DNA of 64,000 nt from a virus (Duplodnaviria; Caudoviricetes). The translations under genes were made by a program, and so were the position numbers. Position 1 is the first letter of the stretch, and the number at the start of each line of letters is the position of its first letter. The notes under the pieces are model-generated. The model saw nothing but the letters and a program-made list of their open reading frames with translations, searched no databases and was not told the DNA's origin. The stretch lies in the IMG/VR virus record IMGVR_UViG_3300025679_000005; one strand, written 5' to 3'. Of the stretch, positions 17,213 through 25,888 are shown piece by piece.

Positions 17213-17553
17213 ACGAACCTACCCCCATCCCCATGCTCATTTGGTGCCCACTGTGCCACCACCGTCATATCGACGAAGGCGAATTCAAGACCAAAATTCA
17301 TCATACCCACAGTTGTCAAAAGTGTGGGTTGACCTTCAGGCTAGCGATCGTCCCCACCGTGGGCGTTTTGTTTCTGCCAGGTTTCAAGACTGAGACCAAG
17401 GCCGAACGCAAGGAAGCATTCCTGAAGATGGCCAGAGAAGCGGGGGAACTCCTTAATGACCCAGACTGCCCTTCGCTGCTGGCAGGGCATCCAGACGAAG
17501 GGCGTGCGGGCCTCGAAGAGCTGAGTGATGACGACATCCACGGGGTAAATTAG
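17209..17553 (+). CDS. Zn-finger hypothetical protein
   Basis: CPLCHHRH...HHTHSCQKCG. Confidence 0.65.
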   Translation: MNEPTPIPMLIWCPLCHHRHIDEGEFKTKIHHTHSCQKCGLTFRLAIVPTVGVLFLPGFKTETKAERKEAFLKMAREAGELLNDPDCPSLLAGHPDEGRAGLEELSDDDIHGVN

Positions 17554-17558
17554 CGAAC

Positions 17559-18023
17559 ATGCCATCTTCCCTGGTCTTAGTACAGCTGAAGAACCGTCTC
17601 ACGCCAGACCTGGTTGACGAGCTATTGGAACAGATTGTCCGTCAATTCTGGGGCACAGCCGTCAAAGTAACCTGGCACAATCTTTCTAGTTGGCTGGTGT
17701 CCGTCCCTGATTCGAAGCGATTGGGGGTCGAAGCAACAAATCGTCGTCTAGACTCCGGCGAAGACTACGGTTTCGAGATCTCTTATCAGGGTCGTGTGAT
17801 CCGCTTCTCAGAGCCTGAAAACGCTTGGGGAAGCTGGGCCATGCGGAAGGTCCGCCAAGAGGTTGTAAAGACCTTGAACGCGATCATGACCGAAGTCAGC
17901 CCTGAAGAGTACGTCCTCGATTTCAAGAGCACCTTCAAAGAGTTCGTTGTCGCCACTGTGGGCAAAGAGAACGACTGGACTGAGCACATGCTCTGGACGG
18001 CACCCGAAGCTTTCAAGGACTGA
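17559..18023 (+). CDS. Hypothetical protein
   Basis: 154-aa ORF. Confidence 0.65.
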   Translation: MPSSLVLVQLKNRLTPDLVDELLEQIVRQFWGTAVKVTWHNLSSWLVSVPDSKRLGVEATNRRLDSGEDYGFEISYQGRVIRFSEPENAWGSWAMRKVRQEVVKTLNAIMTEVSPEEYVLDFKSTFKEFVVATVGKENDWTEHMLWTAPEAFKD

Positions 18024-18927
18024 GCACAGCTTCACAGAGCATGCGGAATATATCTTCGCCAAATTCATTCAAAGCGAAATTTACGGCAGCACAGACCAGG
18101 CGTACGTTGGCAGGCTCGTAGCCAAGATTAGAGTCAATTCTGTCCAATGAGGGCCTGAGGGGGTTCACTTGTCCGAACCCTGTTTGAAAATCGAAGCTGT
18201 TGCCAGACAGGGTGCAGGTGGTGCGCTTGAGCAACAACTCGTGGATGAATTCCTTCGTCAGTAGAAATGGGACGGCTCGGGCTTTAGCATGAATTCTAGC
18301 GCTTCGGTGCAGACAGTTGACAGTCCCTGTGAAAGTGCTGTGATAGTTCACATTCTGCTGTTGTTTCGGAGTCAAGTCGCCTCTTAGGGTACCGTGCCAT
18401 TTTGGTCTAGCAGACGTACGCCCTAAGACATTCTCGGCCAGTCCTCGAAAGAAAACTTCTCCAAAGTCATGCAAGCAACAGTTCATTCCAAAGCAAATTA
18501 TGCGTACGTTGCCTAAGTCGTAGCCTTGCTTACAATCGATGCGATCAATGGAGGGTGCTGCATAGTGTGTTTTAGCTTTCTCCTGTGGTAATCTTAAAGG
18601 TATACCCGTAAGGGCACAGAGTCCTTTTTGGGACTCCCACATCCCCCAGACATCTGCTGTAGACAAGGTGTGCGAGATGCCCCCATTTGCTGCTCTATTC
18701 TTTGCAGCGGCGCACATTTTTACGCATCTACCAAAAGGTGTCCGGTCATAGGCATCGTTACTAGCCCGCACATGTTCCTTGTTCTCTCGCTTCCACTCCC
18801 GATGCATTTCCAATATGTACGACTTATTCAGGGCTCTGTAATTCTTGTCATAAGCTGTACGACAGGGAAGACACATCCTCCCTCCAGGTGCCGGGGCGGC
18901 CAATTTACAAGTGCTGCATGGCGTCAT
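18013..18927 (-). CDS. HNH/His-Me-finger endonuclease-like protein with duplicated domain
   Basis: Two copies of C-x-L[ST]G...PS[IL]DRID...GY...NVR..C...N..L..FGE..FR.L.E.VL. Confidence 0.75.
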   Translation of the reverse strand: MTPCSTCKLAAPAPGGRMCLPCRTAYDKNYRALNKSYILEMHREWKRENKEHVRASNDAYDRTPFGRCVKMCAAAKNRAANGGISHTLSTADVWGMWESQKGLCALTGIPLRLPQEKAKTHYAAPSIDRIDCKQGYDLGNVRIICFGMNCCLHDFGEVFFRGLAENVLGRTSARPKWHGTLRGDLTPKQQQNVNYHSTFTGTVNCLHRSARIHAKARAVPFLLTKEFIHELLLKRTTCTLSGNSFDFQTGFGQVNPLRPSLDRIDSNLGYEPANVRLVCAAVNFALNEFGEDIFRMLCEAVLSP

Positions 18928-18990
18928 ATCTGGTGTGTTTGATTAACATTCTAGCGATCCGTGTTTGGTGTATAGGAGAGTAGTGGATCG

Positions 18991-19569
18991 ATGCATCTTC
19001 GTTGGAATCGACGACAACTCCTGTCTAACCGCCAAACGGGGGAATCTCTGTGCACCCACCACGAAGTGGCGAGACCTTGGACATTAGCGCCTGCACTGAT
19101 TCATCAAAATCGCTCGATTTGGTACTTGGGCCCATCCATTCGTGAGTGCTGCCTCGAAGACGAGTCCGAGCTGGCCATAGCCGCTTGGTGGTGGGAGGTT
19201 CGCAACCGATTCGAAGACTTGAGCAAGATCGGTCTAGCCGACCATGAGGTCACCCGGGCTCTGCTTCAACAGTTAGACCTCATTGAGGAGCTGTTGGAAG
19301 AACGGGTGCCTAAGCCTACGAAGGGGGCTTGGAAGCGCTATGAGGCACACCGCCAGATGTCAGGCACTAAAGGTCGTCGTCAGAAGCTCCGTGTTGCCCC
19401 TGAGATAGCCCTCCTTGGTCTGACCTGGCCTTGTACCCCCCAGGACATCAAGAGCCGCTGGAGGGCAATTGCGTTGGAGCACCACCCCGATCGAGGGGGG
19501 AACGTCCAGACCTTCATTGAACTGAAGGCAGCTTACGACAAAGTCGCTGCTATGGTAATACAGCCATGA
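18991..19569 (+). CDS. Protein with C-terminal J-domain
   Basis: LGLTWPCTPQDIKSRWRAIALEHHPDRGG...KAAYD (HPD motif). Confidence 0.85.
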   Translation: MHLRWNRRQLLSNRQTGESLCTHHEVARPWTLAPALIHQNRSIWYLGPSIRECCLEDESELAIAAWWWEVRNRFEDLSKIGLADHEVTRALLQQLDLIEELLEERVPKPTKGAWKRYEAHRQMSGTKGRRQKLRVAPEIALLGLTWPCTPQDIKSRWRAIALEHHPDRGGNVQTFIELKAAYDKVAAMVIQP

Positions 19570-19793
19570 TCGTCCTCAAAGACCTCGACCAAAAGCTCCA
19601 GGATGTTCTGAAAGAGCTGACTACTCACCCAAAAGTGATCACAATCGGTGTAGGGGCTAAGACAGTCATTGTGTACGTTTCGGGGAAACAGACCCAAAAG
19701 ACTGTTGAAGGTCGAATCCCCGAAGAGTATCGTCCGCAAGTCCAGGTGGTTTTGACCGGCCGCCCTAAACCGTTGAATAAGCGAGCAAAATGA
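19566..19793 (+). CDS. Hypothetical protein
   Basis: 75 aa, coupled ORF. Confidence 0.6.
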   Translation: MIVLKDLDQKLQDVLKELTTHPKVITIGVGAKTVIVYVSGKQTQKTVEGRIPEEYRPQVQVVLTGRPKPLNKRAK

Positions 19794-20377
19794 GCCAACT
19801 ACGGAAAATACAGCGTAACGCCGAAAAAGAAGAGGACTCTCTGATCCCCGACAACCATCACAAGCTACCTGTCGGCAAGATCCTGACAGAGCCGGTCAAG
19901 GGTGAGTTCATGGCTTTGCCATTGATCGCTTGGGTCAGCCTCCGCCAAAAGACTAAGGTGCCGCTGGTGATGATACGGGCGCTGCTCTTCAAGTCGGTAG
20001 AAGAGCCCGCACCTGTCGGTATGATTCAGATCGAGTTACCTGTCTTGGAGGACACCGAGCTGGGGGTCCTCAACGCCCTGGAAAGATTCGGCTGGGACGG
20101 CCGCATTTGGCCTCTAGAGCCCGGATGGCCAGACGGAGATGACAACGAAGTCACCAACCTGTCGCAAATCCTCAAGCAGGCAGCCCTCAAGAACACTCTG
20201 ATCTTCCCGCCAGGAGACTCAGGTGTAGCGGCTCAGCCCGTTACTGTTGAGCGAGCAAAGGGACCCTTCCTCATGGCTCCTTTGCCTACGCCTGAGAAAG
20301 AACCTGATGCCTTCAGGCTGGCAGCTCTCAGGGAACTGTGCAGAAATCCCCAGAAGATTCTGTCGGAGCGAGAGTAA
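19790..20377 (+). CDS. Hypothetical protein
   Basis: 195 aa, coupled ORF. Confidence 0.65.
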   Translation: MSQLRKIQRNAEKEEDSLIPDNHHKLPVGKILTEPVKGEFMALPLIAWVSLRQKTKVPLVMIRALLFKSVEEPAPVGMIQIELPVLEDTELGVLNALERFGWDGRIWPLEPGWPDGDDNEVTNLSQILKQAALKNTLIFPPGDSGVAAQPVTVERAKGPFLMAPLPTPEKEPDAFRLAALRELCRNPQKILSERE

Positions 20378-20378
20378 A

Positions 20379-21221
20379 ATGCAACTCCTCGAAGCCTTAA
20401 CGTCTTCTGTGGAGGATGTGAAAAAGCTTGTCTTCAAGGACACGTCAGTGCATGAAGTCACCTACCTTCGGAAGGGTGATGGGAAGGACATCTTGGTAGT
20501 CCCCACTCAGACGAGCTGCAACATGGGGTGCACTTTCTGTCATTTGACTGGCCTGGGCATTTCAGCTACCAATCTGGCTAGCACCAAGATCCTAGAACTC
20601 ATTCAGGAATCCTTGAAATTCCAGCCCCCATCAAACAAGACGCTACTAGTTTCATTTATGGGAGCAGGGGAACCGCTCTTGAACGTGGACCAAGTAATTG
20701 GGACGGCTCTGGCCTTGAAAACCTGGCCGGGATACGAGACGGTACGGTTCGCCGTAGCCACAATCCTCCCCAGTCGGAAACGATTCGACCAGTTCAAGCA
20801 GGCCGTGACGTTCCATAGCCTGCCCTTCAAGTTACATCTTTCACTACACTCCCTCGACGCCCAATCTCGCCGTAGTTTGATGCCCTCGGCCTCTCCTATT
20901 GCTGAATCCTGGGGGATGCTGGCAGAGTATGCGGAGGAGACGGGTCAGCCAACGGAAGTCCACTACACCCTGATTCATGGTGTGAACGACCGTGAAGAAG
21001 ACCTCATCAAGTTCGGAGCACTCCCAGGAAGAGCCGCCACGATCAAATTGCTGCGATTCGCTGAGAAAAAGCAAGAACCGACAATGCAAGGGTCCCAACG
21101 AACCCCCTGGTTCAAAACCGGCCTTGAATCCCTAGGGTTCAAAGTAGAGGTCTACTCCCCACCGGGCCGAGACATCGGCTCTAGCTGTGGACAATTCATC
21201 GTTGATCAATACGTCAGTTGA
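20379..21221 (+). CDS. RlmN/Cfr-like radical SAM protein (short form)
   Basis: CNMGCTFC (CxxxCxxC), SFMGAGEPLLN, LHLSLHS, YTLIHGVND, GRDIGSSCGQ; start MQLLE at 20379. Confidence 0.85.
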   Translation: MQLLEALTSSVEDVKKLVFKDTSVHEVTYLRKGDGKDILVVPTQTSCNMGCTFCHLTGLGISATNLASTKILELIQESLKFQPPSNKTLLVSFMGAGEPLLNVDQVIGTALALKTWPGYETVRFAVATILPSRKRFDQFKQAVTFHSLPFKLHLSLHSLDAQSRRSLMPSASPIAESWGMLAEYAEETGQPTEVHYTLIHGVNDREEDLIKFGALPGRAATIKLLRFAEKKQEPTMQGSQRTPWFKTGLESLGFKVEVYSPPGRDIGSSCGQFIVDQYVS

Positions 21222-21227
21222 GTGTAG

Positions 21228-21647
21228 ATGTCAGATCCGGCTAAAAGGTTACGTGTAGTCGCCCGCAAATGCTTCGAGCGCATGGGCATCTTAGAGCAAA
21301 AGCTCTATGTAGGTAACCCCAAAGTTATCGAGGAAAAACGGTACCTTATCCAGGATACTGTTGAACGTGGGCACTACACGGCAGGATACCTACAGGCCCT
21401 CAAAGACATTCGTAGCCTCGTATCCGAGGGGACGTTTCCGGACAATGGGATTGAGGGGGTTGGCCGCTTGCTTAATCCTTTATCGAACAGCACCGAAGTG
21501 GGCCCTGTATTGATGTGTCTCTCATGTAGTGTCAAAGCTGCTGCTGCAACTAGCAGCAATACAGTACCTCTCTGCCCCGACTGCCTCAATCTTCTCGATA
21601 ACCCCCGTGGCGTGACGTATTCGCAGCCTGATACCGATATGGCATGA
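21228..21647 (+). CDS. Hypothetical protein with CxxC...CxxC
   Basis: CLSC...CPDC. Confidence 0.6.
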   Translation: MSDPAKRLRVVARKCFERMGILEQKLYVGNPKVIEEKRYLIQDTVERGHYTAGYLQALKDIRSLVSEGTFPDNGIEGVGRLLNPLSNSTEVGPVLMCLSCSVKAAAATSSNTVPLCPDCLNLLDNPRGVTYSQPDTDMA

Positions 21648-22240
21648 ACATGAAGCCTCATACCCTGGAGACTCAGATTCTGGATTACCTCAATGCGAGA
21701 CAGCTTGAGGAGGTACCAGAAGATGACCAGGTGCGTAAGGCTAAGAGTATCGAACGAGTTTTCACATTAGGGGTCGACTTTCTTCGGTCTGAGTTTCCGA
21801 ACCCTGCTATCAACCGCCTCATGGGGATTGTTTCGGATGTAGTGCAACAGCGGGTAGCTCCTGTTTGCTCAGGTCTGAAAGTACCTACGTTGTCCTTCAT
21901 CATAGCCGGTGTGAAAACCGCCCCTCAAGCGATGATCGCGACCCCCGCCGATTGGGTGGAGATGGTCAGGCAAGACCCGTTGACGCAACTGGGGTCCTTG
22001 GTATCTGTCGGAAGCCAAGCAGTGGACTACGCCAATGATCGGTTCCTGGGAGAGCGCTCAAGTGTTTTGCCCCGGGCCAGGGCCTATGAGGCGGAGTACT
22101 TGAATACGGTACGAGGCCTGACGCCTGCATGGGAGCCGATCATCGGCCAAGCCAACACCCTCACTGAGTTCCCCGATGGGATACTGTCCCCAAAGGCTCA
22201 CAAGGTTCTGTACTCGCTTCGTCCGCTCATTTCTGCATGA
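21644..22240 (+). CDS. Hypothetical protein
   Basis: 198 aa, coupled ORF. Confidence 0.65.
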   Translation: MNMKPHTLETQILDYLNARQLEEVPEDDQVRKAKSIERVFTLGVDFLRSEFPNPAINRLMGIVSDVVQQRVAPVCSGLKVPTLSFIIAGVKTAPQAMIATPADWVEMVRQDPLTQLGSLVSVGSQAVDYANDRFLGERSSVLPRARAYEAEYLNTVRGLTPAWEPIIGQANTLTEFPDGILSPKAHKVLYSLRPLISA

Positions 22241-22536
22241 TCTTCGACGACGACAAACTCTGGCCGTGGTGGGTCCTATACCGCCTCAATTCAACTGTAG
22301 CCCCTCAATCCCGATATGGGATCCTTAGGGAGATCCTACAGGCCAAAGAACCTGAGCCAGAGCCTTGTTCAGGTTCTGGACGATGCCACGGCTGTCTTTC
22401 ATGGTGTGCTTGGTGTGGATCCGTGAATGAAACATGCGACGTGGAGTGGCCTGACCGTTGCGATACGCACAAACGCTACCCTGCGAAGCCGGAACCTTTG
22501 AAGCCTGATCCGAATCAGCTTTCGTTCCCTTGGTAG
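22237..22536 (+). CDS. Cys-rich small protein ending QLSFPW
   Basis: CSGSGRCHGCLSWCAWCG...CD...RCDTH. Confidence 0.65.
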   Translation: MIFDDDKLWPWWVLYRLNSTVAPQSRYGILREILQAKEPEPEPCSGSGRCHGCLSWCAWCGSVNETCDVEWPDRCDTHKRYPAKPEPLKPDPNQLSFPW

Positions 22537-22579
22537 CCCGTCCCGAAAAAGGGTCCCGAAAAAGTTAGCCGTCGGGCTA
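22534..22579. repeat. Inverted repeat enclosing a tandem 11-mer between convergent stop codons
   Basis: TAGCCCG(22534-40)...CGGGCTA(22573-79) enclosing TCCCGAAAAAG x2 (22541-51, 22554-64). Confidence 0.7.
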
Positions 22580-24007
22580 AGCCTGACCCATTGCTGGGTC
22601 TTCGGCGTTTAAGGCTGTGCCAGCATTCCCTGGGGAATTAACTCTGGTAGTAAGCCTACGGCTAGAAGCTGCTAGCACGGTAGCCGACCTTCCTGAGGAA
22701 CTGACCCCGGCCCGAAGGTCTAGGTATCGCTCTCTCAGGATGGTTTTCACTTCGGACGGGGAGTCATCGAGAAGAATGAGGTTGTCCTCAGAACGTCTGA
22801 GCAAATTCTTCCCTCCTACCACATCCGCATGAGAAATCTTACCGCATCCGCGGCATTTGAATTTAGTGCCTGATCGATTACCTCTGTGAACGTAACCACA
22901 AGAAGGACATTCTTGAGAAGAGTAGGCCGGGTTGACAACAATGATCGGTGCCTTGGTCTTCAAGGAGTTGTGAAGAGCCCTGTAAGCGAACCGCTTTTGT
23001 CCACGGCATCCACTGAGATCTAGGTCCTCAATGACGAATGCGTGCCCTGGGTAATCCCGGACAAGTGAGTTGGCAACGAATCCAGTACTGGATTTGATCA
23101 ATCCGCTGAGGCGCTCTTCCAACCGATCCAGACGAGGGGAGTTGAGGCGAAGTCCTTGGCGCTGCCTATTTCCTCGAAGGGTTTTGACCTTGGCATAAAG
23201 GGTATCGAACTTGGGCTTCAGATCAGCTCCGTAAAGCTTGCCGGTCGACGTGGCAGCTATCACGTTGAGACCCACATCCACACCTACCCTTGGGGATGTC
23301 AGGTCAAGCTTAGGGTCCTCGATCAGCTTCCGCTCAAGGACTTCGACACGCCATCGCCCACGTCGATCCTTCCGGATCATACATCCATTGACGATTTCGG
23401 ACGGATCCTTGATGTGAGGGTTGGCTACGATTGGAACCCATAGGCGATGACTCTTCCGTAGATGGGAGATGCCTAGCCACCAAGTAGTCAAGTCCACTTC
23501 AGGAACCACGCGGATGTCACTTGTGTGGATTGACATCCGCATCCCCACTCGATTGGAGATCGTTGGGGTCCTGCCCACTAGGCTCTCGTCAAGAAGGAAC
23601 GACCAGTACTGATCAATGGCTTCTTGGGGAATGGTTTCGCTTGGGCGGTCGACTCCGTACTTGCCGACGGTGAAGAGGGCGATCTGGGTAGCTTCAGTGA
23701 TCTCGCCTTCTTTAGCCAAGTTCTTGATGTGACGTTTGAGCTTCCTGGTGTAAAGGCTAGTAGTCCAACCTGAAACGATTTCAGCGGCGTGCTGCTGACA
23801 AGCCATTACAATGTTGGTGGAAAGTACCTTTTCCTTGGGGAAGAACCGGAGAAGTTCTTTCCTCGAAACGCTCATCCTCATGGATGAGATCATGACCTCG
23901 ACGCAGGCCTGTAGGTACCGAAGGTACTCTACATGAAGGGCTTCGAGAGCACGGATCTTCCCCTCATTGACTTTAGGGTGGAAGTAGAGGGCCCGTGAGC
24001 GTTTCAC
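22577..24007 (-). mobile_element. tnpB: Solo TnpB/Cas12f-like RNA-guided nuclease (second, divergent clade)
   Basis: VGVDVGLN, VIEDLDL, VNPAYSSQECPSCG...FKCRGCG...HADVVGGKNL; all three RuvC acidic residues present; no tnpA; start taken at GTG 24007. Confidence 0.85.
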
Positions 24008-24034
24008 ACTTAGTGTGGTCGATAAAGGGATTAT

Positions 24035-24080
24035 CGGTGTATAAGCCCACCATGACAGCGCTGCCTTCTTTTTCGGCAGC
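24035..24080 (+). promoter_or_regulatory. CGGTGTA element plus leader hairpin upstream of the ABC operon
   Basis: GGTGTA 24036-41; GCTGCC-ttctttttc-GGCAGC hairpin; AAGGA SD before 24092. Confidence 0.55.
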
Positions 24081-24091
24081 AAAAGGAACCA

Positions 24092-24817
24092 ATGTTCGAT
24101 AATCTCAAAGAGACTTTGGGACGGGCTGCAACCAAGATCGGTCTAGCAGACGAAGTCCCGTCCGACAATACAACCAAATCCGCAGCGACTCCGCAATATG
24201 CGAGCCCTGCTCCTGTCCCACAATCCTCGTTGCCTGCCCCATACGGCGGAGCAAATTTCCCCTCGGCCCCGGCTCCTTCGGCGGATGCTGAACGGGTCGC
24301 CAAGTATGACGCCTCTGTGAAGACCACTCTCTTGGAGGCTGTTCAGAAGGTCGATGTGAGACTGATCCCTGAGTTGCAGACGCTTCTGTCAACGCTGGAA
24401 TCAGCTATCCCCGTAGAGCCGCTACGTTTCCAAACTGCCTTGAAGATCTTCACGGCAAAAGGTACGCCGATTTCGGCAATCGTCAGCGAGTACGACCTGT
24501 ACGAGGGCGCCTTGCAGGAGAAGAGCCAGGTCTTTGGCAAGGAAGCCAGGGATCAGTACGATGCTCGTGTTGGGACCAAGATCAAGGCAGTCGCTGATTA
24601 CGACTCCCTGATCGCGGCCAAGCAAGCACAGATCGCAGCTCTTCAACAAGAGCTGGTGGACTTAGCCACCAAACGGGCCGCAGAGCAAGGCGGCATCTCC
24701 GAGGCCGACAGCAAGCTCAAGCTTCTCCAGGCACGGTTCACTCTCGCCTACAACGATACGCTAGCTAGCGTTCAAGCACAAAAAACCAAAGTCGTCGAAT
24801 ACGGAAAAGGACTCTGA
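24092..24817 (+). CDS. Coiled-coil protein, first gene of transporter-like operon
   Basis: P/A/S-rich N-terminus, long amphipathic heptad C-terminus; AAGGA SD. Confidence 0.75.
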   Translation: MFDNLKETLGRAATKIGLADEVPSDNTTKSAATPQYASPAPVPQSSLPAPYGGANFPSAPAPSADAERVAKYDASVKTTLLEAVQKVDVRLIPELQTLLSTLESAIPVEPLRFQTALKIFTAKGTPISAIVSEYDLYEGALQEKSQVFGKEARDQYDARVGTKIKAVADYDSLIAAKQAQIAALQQELVDLATKRAAEQGGISEADSKLKLLQARFTLAYNDTLASVQAQKTKVVEYGKGL

Positions 24818-24820
24818 GTC

Positions 24821-25849
24821 ATGGAAGAATCTCAAAAGAAAGCTTGGCAGCGTCCGGAGAACCTGGTCGCTTGGGGTGGACTCGCCGTCATTGGTTACAT
24901 CATCTTCAGGAGCCTGGATGTCATTCTTCCGTTGATCGAACGGGTCCTGGAGAACATGATCTACACGGCAGCTCTTGCCGGGGTGGTCGCAGTCCTCGGC
25001 TGGTTCATTGTCAGCAAGGACTTCCACCGCCTCGCCTGGTACGGCTACAAGACGGTCATGCGGTACATCACTCAGATGGTCATCGACATCGATCCCATTT
25101 CGATTCTCCAAAGCTACGTCACCAAGCTCCACCAGAAGTACGACGAAATCACCAAAGCCCTGTCGACTTTGCGGGCACAGTCTCGTGAGCTGACTCAGCT
25201 CATTCAGACGAAGGGAGCTGCCTACGATCAAAGTATGAAGATGGCGGCTCAGGCTCGTTCGAAGAGCGGGCAACAAGGCATGAAGACCGAAGTCTTGATT
25301 CAAACTCGGAAGGCGGGTCGTCTCGAAAAGACTGCTCTGACCTATCAGGGTCTACTCAACAAGATCAAGGCTCACATTGCGCTGATGGAGAAAATCCAAG
25401 AGGCCAGCAAGTACATGATCGCGGACATCGAGGACACCGTCGAGGAAGAGACTCAGAAGCGGAAGACCATCCGTGCCAGCTACAGGGCCATGGCTGCTTC
25501 CAAGGCCATCCTCCAGGCGGACAAGGATCGCGAGATGTACGACCAGGCACTGGGCAGTGTCCAGGCGGACTACTTCGCCAAACTCGGTGAGATCGACCAG
25601 TTCATGGAAGACAGCAAGGACTTCGTCAATTCGATGGATCTTGCGAACGGCGTGGCCGATGTCGATGCCATGGCCAAGCTGGACGAATGGGACAAGCGTG
25701 CCGATGGTCTCCTCGAAGGCGGCAGCGGCAAGACTAAATTCCGCATCGGGGGCGATTCCGCCCTTAACCAGGATGAGGACGCGGCCGTAGAAGAGCCAGG
25801 CGAGAAGAAACAGCAGTCCTTTGCGGATGTATTCTCCAAGCTCGATTGA
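24821..25849 (+). CDS. Two-TM plus long coiled-coil protein (PspA/IM30-like architecture)
   Basis: Two N-terminal hydrophobic helices, then about 250 aa of helical coiled coil. Confidence 0.7.
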   Translation: MEESQKKAWQRPENLVAWGGLAVIGYIIFRSLDVILPLIERVLENMIYTAALAGVVAVLGWFIVSKDFHRLAWYGYKTVMRYITQMVIDIDPISILQSYVTKLHQKYDEITKALSTLRAQSRELTQLIQTKGAAYDQSMKMAAQARSKSGQQGMKTEVLIQTRKAGRLEKTALTYQGLLNKIKAHIALMEKIQEASKYMIADIEDTVEEETQKRKTIRASYRAMAASKAILQADKDREMYDQALGSVQADYFAKLGEIDQFMEDSKDFVNSMDLANGVADVDAMAKLDEWDKRADGLLEGGSGKTKFRIGGDSALNQDEDAAVEEPGEKKQQSFADVFSKLD

Positions 25850-25888
25850 AAAAGACAGAACCCCTACCTTTACCAAAAAAAGAGAAAA

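Noticed and set aside
22534-24100. CRISPR array or type V CRISPR-Cas locus beside the Cas12f-like gene
   Set aside because: Only two 11-bp repeats 2 nt apart; no regularly spaced repeat-spacer units and no cas1/cas2/cas4.
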